DNA of 64,000 nucleotides, from positions 1 through 64,000 of the IMG/VR virus record IMGVR_UViG_3300020202_000062; one strand, given 5' to 3'. Position numbers and translations under genes: made by a program. Source of the stretch: a virus. The notes beneath the pieces are model-generated. The model was not told where the DNA came from, made no database searches, and worked only from the letters and a program-made list of their open reading frames with translations. Of the stretch, positions 1-8,743 are shown one piece after another. How positions within the stretch are numbered: the stretch's first letter is position 1; every line of letters begins with the position of its first letter.

Positions 1-330
1 CAGGCAGCAAACGGTAGTACAATTCTTCTGGGTGTCTGGGATACTAACAAGAATGACTGGTTCGGACATCTTCAGATCTCCCCAGTCGGCCCTGTAAAGA
101 TCACAGACCCGTATTACCGTGACAGGGGTAACACAAACACTAACTGGGAACTAAGAGTAAGTCAGTTCTACGGTAAGCGTAACTGTGCCTTGGACGCGGC
201 AACAAAGGAAGTGGTCCTAAACCATCTCCGTAGTGGAATTGCCCAGTGGAAAGAGAAACTGGAGCAAGAGGCGGCCGAGAAGGCTGCTGAAAAACAAGAG
301 AAAAAGGAAGCAATAGCACATGGCATCTAA
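1..330 (+). CDS. hypothetical protein, 5'-truncated by window
   Basis: Frame 1 is open from base 1 to TAA 328-330 and overlaps the start of the next gene. Confidence 0.7.
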   Translation, partial: QAANGSTILLGVWDTNKNDWFGHLQISPVGPVKITDPYYRDRGNTNTNWELRVSQFYGKRNCALDAATKEVVLNHLRSGIAQWKEKLEQEAAEKAAEKQEKKEAIAHGI

Positions 331-517
331 TGACGGTAAGCGTCTTTACGAATACCACGTCCTAGATCGTTCAGGCGAGAACACCGTAACGGTAGTCGAG
401 CCAACCACGGTCTTGGCATCAAGCGAGAGCGTTGCCCGCAATCTAGCTGTTCGTGCAGTCCCTGAGGCTGCCGCAGAGCACCTAGAAAAGCTGGAGATCG
501 TAGTTCGCGCCCTCTAG
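320..517 (+). CDS. small hypothetical protein (LYEY...VLA...EIVVR family, copy 1)
   Basis: Similar to 563..988 and 56922..57113. Confidence 0.8.
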   Translation: MASNDGKRLYEYHVLDRSGENTVTVVEPTTVLASSESVARNLAVRAVPEAAAEHLEKLEIVVRAL

Positions 518-562
518 TCGATAGACAAGAACTACTTAGTCTAACGACGAATAGGAGAAATC

Positions 563-988
563 GTGAACGACGGTAAGCAGTTATACGAGTACGCTGTACT
601 CCACCGCGATCCCGAGGGTCCTACCGAAGTAGTCCTTGAGCCAACCCACGTGTTGGCCAAGGACGAAAAGGTTGCCCGCATGATCGCAATCCGTGAGGTA
701 CCAGCCGACAAGGTGGAAGCCCTTGAGGAGATGGAAGTTCTTGTAAGCCCGTTCGCGGGTGGGTCAAGGACCGCCAATGCTTCGCTGGACAGCACAGTGT
801 CATCCTTTGTCGAGGGTGCTGGTGGTAAGGTAACGACGGTAGAATTCCGGTACGGTGGACAGACTCACCGTCTCCTGAAGGCTAACGTCAGCGGTGGCGT
901 AGGCTACTGCCCCATTGACCTGCTTCAGGCAGGCAACTGGGACCTTGCTGCTACGGTAGCCAAGGCTGCATTCGACAACGGGGTTTAG
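563..988 (+). CDS. hypothetical protein (same family, copy 2, with C-terminal extension)
   Basis: GTG start after AGGAG SD; N-terminal ~65 aa paralogous to 320..517. Confidence 0.85.
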   Translation: MNDGKQLYEYAVLHRDPEGPTEVVLEPTHVLAKDEKVARMIAIREVPADKVEALEEMEVLVSPFAGGSRTANASLDSTVSSFVEGAGGKVTTVEFRYGGQTHRLLKANVSGGVGYCPIDLLQAGNWDLAATVAKAAFDNGV

Positions 989-992
989 TTGG

Positions 993-1010
993 AGGGGGCT
1001 TCGGCCCCCT
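993..1010 (+). terminator. GC-rich hairpin, putative terminator
   Basis: AGGGGGC-TTCG-GCCCCCT just after the stop; weak U tract. Confidence 0.6.
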
Positions 1011-1035
1011 TCTGCTATCTCTTCTAGGAGATAAT

Positions 1036-1263
1036 ATGGAAAGAGATCCCGTTCAGATCAGGCGCATCTCAGACAAGATAGTCATGCTGTGGGAACTCAA
1101 TCCACAGTGGCGCATTGGAGAGTTGATCGACAATGCACATTTCCTCATCGAAGTAGAACACGGCGTAGATGAACTAGGTCGCGTATCCGATGAGCACATG
1201 GAAACAGCACTAGACGAACTCCTAGAGAGGAGCAAGAATGCCCCGAGTACTCGTAGTCGTTGA
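1036..1263 (+). CDS. hypothetical protein
   Basis: AGGAG SD, 75 aa ORF. Confidence 0.75.
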   Translation: MERDPVQIRRISDKIVMLWELNPQWRIGELIDNAHFLIEVEHGVDELGRVSDEHMETALDELLERSKNAPSTRSR

Positions 1264-1837
1264 TGTACAGAATGACTTCTGCGAAGGCGGATCTCTTGCT
1301 GTGTCTGGTGGTACAAAGGTAGCACAACGAATCACTGATTTCGTTAATGCTTCTGGCGATAGATATGACTCGATTCTAGCAACTCGCGATTGGCATCCGG
1401 CTAATTGGCGTGAGATTGGATTCGGGCACTTCAGCGACGACCCCGACTACAAGGACACCTGGCCTCCACATTGTGTGGAGAAGACCTATGGTGCAGAGTT
1501 CCATCCTGACCTGCAAGTAACATTCCATGCAGAGTTCAAGAAGGGACAAGACGCAGCGGCCTATTCAGGCTTTGAAGGCAACTGGTCTCTGATGGGACGC
1601 CCATTCGGTATGGGTGAGTGGCTGGAGAACAACAGGATCACTCACGTTGACGTATGTGGTCTAGCCTTCGACTACTGTGTCAAGGCGACAGCACTAGATT
1701 CGGTAAGGTCAGGATACAGCACTGCTGTCATCACAGATCTAACCGCCTATGTGCATATGAACTCCTACGATTTGGCAGTCAATGAAATGATGATCGAAGG
1801 AGTCACCCTACAGACGGCGGCTTATTCGCTTTCCTAA
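1238..1837 (+). CDS. pncA: nicotinamidase (isochorismatase family)
   Basis: VVDVQNDF..GGSLAV, TRDWHP, WPPHCV, KGQ..AAYSGF, GLAFDYCVKATALD motifs. Confidence 0.95.
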   Translation: MPRVLVVVDVQNDFCEGGSLAVSGGTKVAQRITDFVNASGDRYDSILATRDWHPANWREIGFGHFSDDPDYKDTWPPHCVEKTYGAEFHPDLQVTFHAEFKKGQDAAAYSGFEGNWSLMGRPFGMGEWLENNRITHVDVCGLAFDYCVKATALDSVRSGYSTAVITDLTAYVHMNSYDLAVNEMMIEGVTLQTAAYSLS

Positions 1838-1854
1838 CACTAAGGTAAACTACC

Positions 1855-2574
1855 ATGTTTGCTGCGGAATTTAGTCTAACCCAGTTGTTTACTGGGCCAC
1901 TAGAGTTCTTCGCGTTCATTACTTCTATTGCATGTGTGTGGCTTATCACAATCAAGAAGCCGCACCGAGTTGGAATCGGCAACTGGACTCTATTCCATTT
2001 CGACTTCAACTGGAACTGGCCGATCGGCATCATAACTTCGGTACTCTACTTCTTCATCTTCTGGAAGTACCACCTGTGGATGAATGCAATCCTTCAGATC
2101 TTCTACGTCCTCAGCGGTTTCTGGGGATGGTATCGATGGCTCAAGGGCTTCGATAAGAAGGATGAGATTCCGATCAAGCGTTTCGATACACCGAAAAGAA
2201 AGCCTGAGAATGGCTGGGGCTATGCTCAACATGCGTTGACGGGTTTCTGTATTGTGGCACTAGTTGCCATTTGCTATCCAGCCATGGTTCACTTCAAGGA
2301 TGCTGCTCCCTTCTGGGATAGCGTCCTGTTTGCAATGTCGGTCGTGGCACAGTTCGTCATGACCTGGAAGTACAAGGAACACTGGAAGATCTGGTTCGTT
2401 GAAGACATCATTGCGGTGTTCGTCTTCTGGAATCTAGGTCTTGGTGCAACGTCAGTCCTCTACGGTCTGTTCGCAATCAATGCAGTCCGTGGCATGGTGA
2501 CGTGGCGACAGATGGAAGCCGCAGAGCATCAAGGTAGGATGTCTCGCTATGCCGATAGTGATGGAAGAGCATAA
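1855..2574 (+). CDS. pnuC: nicotinamide riboside transporter PnuC
   Basis: Multi-TM protein; WNWPIGI, LQIFY...WGWYRW, FWDS...SVVAQFVM..K..E.W motifs. Confidence 0.9.
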   Translation: MFAAEFSLTQLFTGPLEFFAFITSIACVWLITIKKPHRVGIGNWTLFHFDFNWNWPIGIITSVLYFFIFWKYHLWMNAILQIFYVLSGFWGWYRWLKGFDKKDEIPIKRFDTPKRKPENGWGYAQHALTGFCIVALVAICYPAMVHFKDAAPFWDSVLFAMSVVAQFVMTWKYKEHWKIWFVEDIIAVFVFWNLGLGATSVLYGLFAINAVRGMVTWRQMEAAEHQGRMSRYADSDGRA

Positions 2575-2755
2575 GGTAGAAGACCGTCCAGACACCTGCC
2601 CCGTCTGCAACACTAAGACGGTGGCAGGTGATCTGAGATCCTCAGTTTACATCTGGAATTGTGATGACTGTGGTGATTACTGGTCTTGTATACCTTGTGC
2701 CAAAGAAGACAGCAAGCGCCACGTAAAGGAACGCAAAGATGCCGAAGCCGTATAA
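2549..2755 (+). CDS. small zinc-ribbon hypothetical protein
   Basis: CPVC, CDDC, CIPC; overlaps neighbours in the operon. Confidence 0.6.
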   Translation: MPIVMEEHKVEDRPDTCPVCNTKTVAGDLRSSVYIWNCDDCGDYWSCIPCAKEDSKRHVKERKDAEAV

Positions 2756-3764
2756 CGTAGGTGTTACAGCAGGCAAGTTCTATCCACCACACATGGGTCA
2801 TCACGGGTTGATTGATGAACTTTCCAGTCAGTGCGACGTTGGCTATGTTCTTGTTGTTTATCGCCATGACGAGAAGCCCGATATAGACCTTCGTCTCAAG
2901 TGGCTAGAGACTGAGCACGCGGGTCAAGGTAACCTAGTCTTCATCCCCGTGTCTGACATTCCTGGGCATGATGATGATTCAGTCGCATGGGCTAGGTATA
3001 CTCGCGAAGTTCTTCCTGAAGGAATTGCAATCGATGCGGTGTTCACTTCCGAGAACTATGGTGACACATGGGCAGCCGAACTGGGCTGCAAGCATGTCCA
3101 GTTTGATCTAGCGCGTGAGTCTTGGCCGGTGTCAGGGACTGCCGTTCGACTCGATCCTTATTCTAACTGGGAGTACCTCGGTTGGGATGCGAGACAGTAC
3201 TACGCCATGCGAGTCTGTATCGTAGGTGGCGAGTCAGTGGGCAAGTCAACAATGACTGAGCGCCTAGCAAAATACTTCCGAACCAAGAGTGTTGAGGAGT
3301 ATGGTCGCACCTATGTCGAGCGGCATGGAGTAGACCCTAAGGATCCAGTCATATGGCCTGCGATCCTACACAACCAGCCTCGCCTAGAAGATGAGGCTGC
3401 CTATGCCTCCAATGGTCTGGTGTTCTGCGATACAGACCTGATCACCACCATGATTTGGTATGAGCGTTGGGTGCACGACGGTAAGCAATTGTCGGCAGAA
3501 AAAGATCCCATGTATTGGGCTATCTATCGAGAGGCTGCGCGCCGCAGGTACGATCTTTACATCCTACTTCACCACGAAGATACAGACTGGGTGCAGGATG
3601 GGACCAGAACTGAGTCGGAACATCGCGCTTGGTTCACCAATCGAATCAAAGAAGAACTACTCTTTCACGCATGTCCACTCCGAGAAATCAAGGGTGGAAC
3701 ATGGGATGAGAAGTTCGAAGAAGCAAAGAACTACGTCTTTAGCAAATGGAAGATGCCACGATGA
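2739..3764 (+). CDS. nadR: NadR-type NMN adenylyltransferase / ribosylnicotinamide kinase
   Basis: GKFYPPHMGH (HxGH), VSGTAVR, P-loop GGESVGKST, EYGR, FCDTD, WVQDGTR; no HTH domain. Confidence 0.93.
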   Translation: MPKPYNVGVTAGKFYPPHMGHHGLIDELSSQCDVGYVLVVYRHDEKPDIDLRLKWLETEHAGQGNLVFIPVSDIPGHDDDSVAWARYTREVLPEGIAIDAVFTSENYGDTWAAELGCKHVQFDLARESWPVSGTAVRLDPYSNWEYLGWDARQYYAMRVCIVGGESVGKSTMTERLAKYFRTKSVEEYGRTYVERHGVDPKDPVIWPAILHNQPRLEDEAAYASNGLVFCDTDLITTMIWYERWVHDGKQLSAEKDPMYWAIYREAARRRYDLYILLHHEDTDWVQDGTRTESEHRAWFTNRIKEELLFHACPLREIKGGTWDEKFEEAKNYVFSKWKMPR

Positions 3765-5011
3765 CAGAACGTTTACCCGTAGAGACTTTTGACATTCCTG
3801 TCAGTGAAATTCGTCGGGGTTATAGGTCTGCCATCTACTTCAATCGGTCCAAGAAGGTACTTGAGCAGATCTCAACTGTTCCTTGCCCGAATGTAACGAT
3901 GCAGGTGTTTCAGAAAAAAGATGCTATCCTATGTGGCATCGATGAGGCTATCGCTGTTCTGAAGACATGCGCTGGACGGTGGAGTGATCTCGCTAAGGCT
4001 GAGAAACTCTTCGACGCTTACATGACTCACAAACTTCTTGCGCGGAAGTATCAGGCCACTAAGCACTTTGACAGGGCCGCTGACCAGTTGGCTAGCATGA
4101 TCTGGACAGAAGGACTTCTGGATGATCTGTGGGTGCCAAGTTGGGATAGGCTCGATGTAAAGGCATTGCATGATGGTGATGAGATCTCACCATGGGAACC
4201 GGTGATGCACATTGAAGGTCCTCTTGCGGATATTGTTCACCTTGAATCTGTTTACCTTGGTCTTCTGGCCAGACGAACAAAGGTTGCAACCAACGTTAAC
4301 CGCACGGTCACAGCCGCCAACGGGAAGCCGGTACTGTTCTTCGCAGATCGATTTGACCACTATGCAACACAAGGTGGAGATGGATACGCCGCTCATGTGG
4401 GTGGTGCTACATCAGTCGCATCCGATGCTATGGGTGCTTGGTGGGGCGACCACGGTATCGGCACCATGCCGCATGCTCTGATCGCAGCCTTTGATGGTGA
4501 TGTGGTCTGGGCTTCTAAGGCTTTCTCGAAGGTACTTCCTGAGGTGCCTCTGGTTGCTCTGGTCGACTTCAACAACGACTGTGTATATGACGCACTAGCA
4601 TGTGCTAAGGAGTTTGGCGATCGGCTTTATGCTGTTCGCCTAGACACTAGCGAGAACATGGTAGATCGTTCGATCTCACACATGAGCGAATACACTGCTG
4701 ACTATGCTGGCGGTATCACCTGGAAGTCTCCTGGCGATTATAAGCCAACTGGTGTCAACCCTCATCTCGTATGGAATGTACGTGAGGCGCTGGATAACGG
4801 TGGCTACGAGCATGTAAAGATCATTGTGTCAGGTGGTTTCGGGGTTGATAAGATCACAGCGTTTGAAGCAGATCATGTGCCGGTAGATTCCTATGCTGTT
4901 GGGTCGTCACTTCTTCAGGGGTCTTTTGACTTCACTGCTGACGTGGTCGACCCAGTATCAAAGGCTGGTCGCTGGTATCGAGAAAATGATCGACTGGAAA
5001 TAGTAGAATGA
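3761..5011 (+). CDS. pncB: nicotinate phosphoribosyltransferase family protein
   Basis: GTMPHALI, LVDFNND, VRLDTS, KIIVSGGF, VGS motifs; ATGA overlap with nadR. Confidence 0.85.
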   Translation: MTERLPVETFDIPVSEIRRGYRSAIYFNRSKKVLEQISTVPCPNVTMQVFQKKDAILCGIDEAIAVLKTCAGRWSDLAKAEKLFDAYMTHKLLARKYQATKHFDRAADQLASMIWTEGLLDDLWVPSWDRLDVKALHDGDEISPWEPVMHIEGPLADIVHLESVYLGLLARRTKVATNVNRTVTAANGKPVLFFADRFDHYATQGGDGYAAHVGGATSVASDAMGAWWGDHGIGTMPHALIAAFDGDVVWASKAFSKVLPEVPLVALVDFNNDCVYDALACAKEFGDRLYAVRLDTSENMVDRSISHMSEYTADYAGGITWKSPGDYKPTGVNPHLVWNVREALDNGGYEHVKIIVSGGFGVDKITAFEADHVPVDSYAVGSSLLQGSFDFTADVVDPVSKAGRWYRENDRLEIVE

Positions 5012-5199
5012 CACCAGGAGTTCTGACGCTTATCTTCATGGGTATAGTCATTGGTGTACAGGCGCTCATTTGGGTGCTATATCGCGCATACCACTGGCAC
5101 AAGAACACTTCACAACGCAATGCTGATGATGCTATGTTTGGTGTCTGCATCACGTTGTTTATGGGAATCGTATGGATAGCACTTCTGCTATTACTATAG
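5008..5199 (+). CDS. small membrane protein
   Basis: Two hydrophobic segments; ATGA overlap. Confidence 0.65.
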   Translation: MTPGVLTLIFMGIVIGVQALIWVLYRAYHWHKNTSQRNADDAMFGVCITLFMGIVWIALLLLL

Positions 5200-5207
5200 A
5201 AGTTCCT

Positions 5208-5281
5208 TCGGGGGTCGTCTAACGGTAAGACAATGGACTTTGGATCCATGAATGAGCGTTCGATTCGTTCCCCCCGAGCCA
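5208..5281 (+). tRNA. tRNA-Gln(TTG)
   Basis: Cloverleaf; ATGGA-CTTTGGA-TCCAT; CCA encoded. Confidence 0.93.
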
Positions 5282-5282
5282 T

Positions 5283-5357
5283 TCGGAGGTAGTTCAATGG
5301 TAGAACGTCGCCCTCTGGAGGCGAATGTTGGGGGTTCGAGCCCTCCCCTCCGAGCCA
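5283..5357 (+). tRNA. tRNA-Gln(CTG)
   Basis: Cloverleaf; TCGCC-CTCTGGA-GGCGA; CCA encoded. Confidence 0.93.
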
Positions 5358-5740
5358 TGAGAACAAAGATCACTGTTAAGCGAGTCCATAACCTTTCCTA
5401 CGAAGAGTATAGGGAGTGCTATAAGGCTAACTACGGTAGCAATGGTTCTATCCGAGATGATCTCGTAGATTTTCGATACAACCGCAAGATTCAGGCTCAT
5501 GTCCTGATGCTACGCGATGATGCCAACCGGCTAATGGCGTGGGCTTTGGTTGATTTCAAGGAAAGCCACCCTACTATTCAGATCTGGGTCAAGGGTCCAT
5601 ATCGTCGCAAGGGTTATGGCGCTCGGCTATTCAAAAAGGCTGAGAATAGATGGGGTACTCCGTATGTATTTCCACATAATGATGTCGCTTCTTCTTTCTT
5701 TCAAAAGATGGAAGTCCCCGCAGACCTCAAGATATACTAA
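5357..5740 (+). CDS. GNAT-family acetyltransferase
   Basis: Motif A WVKGPYRRKGYGARL, N..A..FF; ATG overlaps the tRNA CCA. Confidence 0.75.
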   Translation: MRTKITVKRVHNLSYEEYRECYKANYGSNGSIRDDLVDFRYNRKIQAHVLMLRDDANRLMAWALVDFKESHPTIQIWVKGPYRRKGYGARLFKKAENRWGTPYVFPHNDVASSFFQKMEVPADLKIY

Positions 5741-5901
5741 TGCCAAATCCTAAGCGTCTACCACTGAAGACATGCTCTCGATGCGGTGTTCAGAGCAGGA
5801 CTGTAGAGCGTGTCAAGAGAGCCAACAACGCACTACTGTGTGCTGAATGTATCATTGATGGAATACTGGACGTGTGGGAAGCGGATATAGATGCTGATTG
5901 A
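5740..5901 (+). CDS. small CxxC protein (below ORF-track cutoff)
   Basis: TAATG coupling; CSRC and CAEC. Confidence 0.6.
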   Translation: MPNPKRLPLKTCSRCGVQSRTVERVKRANNALLCAECIIDGILDVWEADIDAD

Positions 5902-6106
5902 TGTCAACTTCAAGTGGTCAGACGAGCACGGTAGGTGTCAAGACTGTGGTCGTCCAGCGGCGTACAAAGTTCTAGGTATGTACCAGAGAGCCGACAGACC
6001 CGGAAGCGAGAACACTTTCGAGAAGATGTGTGCTGTCTGTGCCGCATACAATGTATGGGAATCTGGTAACTCTTATCGGTTAGAGTATCTGTTCGATCCG
6101 AACTAG
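5891..6106 (+). CDS. small zinc-finger hypothetical protein
   Basis: CQDC, CAVC. Confidence 0.65.
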   Translation: MLIDVNFKWSDEHGRCQDCGRPAAYKVLGMYQRADRPGSENTFEKMCAVCAAYNVWESGNSYRLEYLFDPN

Positions 6107-6111
6107 GTTTC

Positions 6112-6191
6112 GGGCCAGTGGCGCAATTGGCTGACGCGCATGACTCAAAATCATGTCCTTCGGGATGTGGGTTCGAATCCCACCTGGCTCA
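6112..6191 (+). tRNA. tRNA-Leu(CAA)
   Basis: CATGA-CTCAAAA-TCATG; long variable arm TCC-TTCG-GGA; CCA not encoded. Confidence 0.93.
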
Positions 6192-6203
6192 CTTGGAGAA
6201 GAA

Positions 6204-6710
6204 GTGTTAGTAGTAGACAAATGGCTAAGTCGACATGTCGACTGGTCTGAGGATCCTGTAACCTTCGAATCCCTCGAGAAGGATCCAGTAGGTGCACCTA
6301 TCACTCCTATCAATCTCTTTCAATTGCTAAACCTAGAAGAAGATCTGAGATCTCTGTTCCTCAAGACTGGTTTGGTTAAGTCTAACTCGGACATTAAGCG
6401 CCTGATCAAGCAGAATGGCCTTAGGGTCAACGGTGTTACAATATTAGAAGAGAATCTAACCTCAACTCTGTTGACATTGTTTTCTGCTGATCACCCAACA
6501 AAGATGCGACCTACGGTCGTGCTTCGTAGAGGGAAGTCAGATCTCTGGGTGTTCGAGATTGCTTCAACCAACAAGACTCCTACCTTTGTGATCTGTAAGG
6601 GTCAAGAACTCAGCAAACTGAAGTGGCTCAAGTTTTGGCAATGGCGCAAGCGTTGGGAGTGTCATTGGTCTAAGTGGCCATGCTATGAATGTGCTTATGG
6701 AGCAAAATGA
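6204..6710 (+). CDS. standalone S4-like RNA-binding protein (TyrRS C-terminal-like)
   Basis: L..LF..TGLVKSNSDIKRLIKQNGLRVNG...VLRRGK; GTG start after GGAG. Confidence 0.7.
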   Translation: MLVVDKWLSRHVDWSEDPVTFESLEKDPVGAPITPINLFQLLNLEEDLRSLFLKTGLVKSNSDIKRLIKQNGLRVNGVTILEENLTSTLLTLFSADHPTKMRPTVVLRRGKSDLWVFEIASTNKTPTFVICKGQELSKLKWLKFWQWRKRWECHWSKWPCYECAYGAK

Positions 6711-6967
6711 AGAACTACGTAGCAGAACTATCCCAAGCGTGGAAAAATAACTACCCTTCTTGTGCAACCTATTCTGAGTATAATTGCTATCTCATAGAAT
6801 ACGTATGTGATGTGTCGGATGGTCACGGAATCAGTGCGCCTAAGGGTATGAGGTTCTGGTGGCGCAGCAAGACCATAACCGAGAGTAATTCCAATAGGTA
6901 CAAGTTAGTCTATGACGGTAGGTTAGACATCTCCTATGACGTACCTACATGCAAAAGGAAAGCCTGA
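6707..6967 (+). CDS. hypothetical protein (MKNY...GMRxW...KLxYDG...CKRK family)
   Basis: ATGA overlap; similar to 39340..39615. Confidence 0.65.
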   Translation: MKNYVAELSQAWKNNYPSCATYSEYNCYLIEYVCDVSDGHGISAPKGMRFWWRSKTITESNSNRYKLVYDGRLDISYDVPTCKRKA

Positions 6968-7114
6968 TGGTAGCAGTATTGGTGATCAGCCTCATTCTGA
7001 TGTTCTTCGTATGCGTTATAGAGGACGACGCAGAAGTAGGTTGGAACCTACTTACTTTATGGCTGGTTATATGCGGGTTCTTTTTCTTGTTGGCAACGGT
7101 AGGGATTGCACTAA

Positions 7115-7846
7115 ATGACAATTGATGCTTCGAAGTTTCAGAAGATCGCTGTAGTTACTGGTGCGGGCATCTCAGCCCCCAGTGGGCTACCGACGTTCCG
7201 AGGTAAGGACGACAGTCTTTGGAACGACGAAGACTTCATGAACAAGTCCCACATCAACTACATCCGTTCTCATGTAGATCATGTAGATGAGATGTGGGGA
7301 TATTGGCGGCCATTCCGTGAAGGTTTAGCGACAGTCGAGCCAAACCCGGCACACTACGCTCTGGCCATCGCTGGTGAGCGTCAGCAGATCACGATCGGCA
7401 CGCAGAACATCGACGGCCTACATCAGAAGGCTGGATCTCATAACGTCTATGAACTGCACGGAACACTGTTCGAAGATAAGTGTCTAGATGAGTGCCAAGA
7501 GAATGAGTTCGGTAACTGGAACGTGAATGCTTGGCCCGCTGGTGAACATGATGCATGTCCAGAGTGTGGCGGTCCAATCCGACCTAACGCAGTGTTCTTT
7601 GGTGAGTTTCTACCACAGCGAGTAGTAGCAGCAGTAGAGAAGGCTGTCATTGAGTGTGACCTCTTTATGATGGTAGGTACATCTGGCATCGTATACCCAG
7701 TCGCCGGATATGTAGATGTAGCCTCCAAGTGGGGTAAGCCGACTCTCCTGGTCAACGATCAAGAGTGGGATCATCCTTATCCGTTTACTGAAAAGATCTT
7801 TGGCGACTGCGCCGAGATTCTTCCGGAGTTGTTCGGTGTCAACTAG
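7115..7846 (+). CDS. cobB: Sir2/CobB NAD-dependent deacylase
   Basis: TGAGISAPSGLPTFRG, TQNIDGLHQKAG, ELHG, Zn-site Cys pairs, RPNAVFFGE, VGTSG.VYP. Confidence 0.93.
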   Translation: MTIDASKFQKIAVVTGAGISAPSGLPTFRGKDDSLWNDEDFMNKSHINYIRSHVDHVDEMWGYWRPFREGLATVEPNPAHYALAIAGERQQITIGTQNIDGLHQKAGSHNVYELHGTLFEDKCLDECQENEFGNWNVNAWPAGEHDACPECGGPIRPNAVFFGEFLPQRVVAAVEKAVIECDLFMMVGTSGIVYPVAGYVDVASKWGKPTLLVNDQEWDHPYPFTEKIFGDCAEILPELFGVN

Positions 7847-8025
7847 TACTACTCTTGGGGTATTCAAAGAGTCTATCGATGGAGCAACAGAAACTGTGAA
7901 CACCACGGGCGGAACAACATTCTTAGAGATACTCATACCAGGCTTAATCCTATTGGGGTTGATTGTCTGGTCTCTAGTTGAGTACACAAAGAATCACAAC
8001 GACGACTAAGACTCAGCCCCTACAA

Positions 8026-8102
8026 GGGGCGTGAGGCAGCTGGTTGAGCCGCCATTCTTATAAAATGGGATTACGAGACGGGTTCGATTCCCGTACGCCC
8101 TA
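8026..8102 (+). tRNA. tRNA-Ile(TAT), atypical
   Basis: CCATT-CTTATAA-AATGG; T arm ACGGG-TTCGATT-CCCGT; 9-nt variable region; G at position 8. Confidence 0.75.
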
Positions 8103-8114
8103 CTCGGAGTACAA

Positions 8115-8372
8115 ATGTTTCTTATCTATTACCTCCTAATCGGCATTGTGCTGTTGCCTTTGTTTGGTAGGTGGGCAATGTACATTGATCGCCTAGATCG
8201 AGGCGCATCTTCATCTGTTGATGGGGACTTGGTTTTTGTTGTGCTCGTCATGGGTGGACTTCTGTGGCCCTTGGGATTCCTTTTGTTCATTGGCTTACAT
8301 ATCTATGTTGCGGCCTCTATAGCACCTAAAGAAAATCTTATGAGTCGATTTATCTTCGGGAGAAAGAAATGA
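8115..8372 (+). CDS. membrane protein
   Basis: GGAG SD; two TM segments. Confidence 0.7.
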   Translation: MFLIYYLLIGIVLLPLFGRWAMYIDRLDRGASSSVDGDLVFVVLVMGGLLWPLGFLLFIGLHIYVAASIAPKENLMSRFIFGRKK

Positions 8373-8584
8373 AGGTCTGCGATGTGTGCATGCAGAAGGG
8401 TGATCTTAAAGATGTCGAGTGCCAACTAATTGTTGGTAGCGATGTCACCAGGATCCGATCTACCGAAGTCTGTCCAACCTGTATCGGCAAACTGCGATGG
8501 TCCTTCGATGGGGGCATCAAAAAGATGGCAGAGTTCAAACAGGTCGAGGAACGTTACTATGACCGTCTCTGGTCTAAAAAGTAA
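8369..8584 (+). CDS. small CxxC protein
   Basis: CDVC, CPTC; ATGA overlap. Confidence 0.65.
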   Translation: MKVCDVCMQKGDLKDVECQLIVGSDVTRIRSTEVCPTCIGKLRWSFDGGIKKMAEFKQVEERYYDRLWSKK

Positions 8585-8672
8585 GGAAAGTTGGCCGAAC
8601 GGTAAGGCACCGGATTGCTAATCCGAGATCTCTCGCAAGGGGGAACAGGTTCAACTCCTGTACTTTCCGCCA
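8585..8672 (+). tRNA. tRNA-Ser(GCT)
   Basis: Long variable arm, G73, CCA. Confidence 0.93.
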
Positions 8673-8674
8673 CG

Positions 8675-8737
8675 GGACGTGAGCGACAGGGTCGTCGCGG
8701 GGCACCGCGTCTACGGGTTCGATTCCCGTTCGGTCCA
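8675..8737 (+). ncRNA. shrunken tRNA-like RNA (no anticodon loop)
   Basis: Acceptor GGAC..GTCC-A; T arm ACGGG-TTCGATT-CCCGT; inner hairpins GCGAC/GTCGT and CGCGG-GGCA-CCGCG. Confidence 0.6.
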
Positions 8738-8743
8738 CTTCTT

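Noticed and set aside
500-575. Frameshift or readthrough joining 320..517 to 563..988
   Set aside because: No slippery heptamer, and all three frames hit stops within about 20 codons
5252-5356. N-terminal extensions of ORFs running through RNA genes (also starts at 6153, 11506, 11819, 39686, 45830)
   Set aside because: They translate tRNA or tmRNA sequence; downstream starts are more plausible
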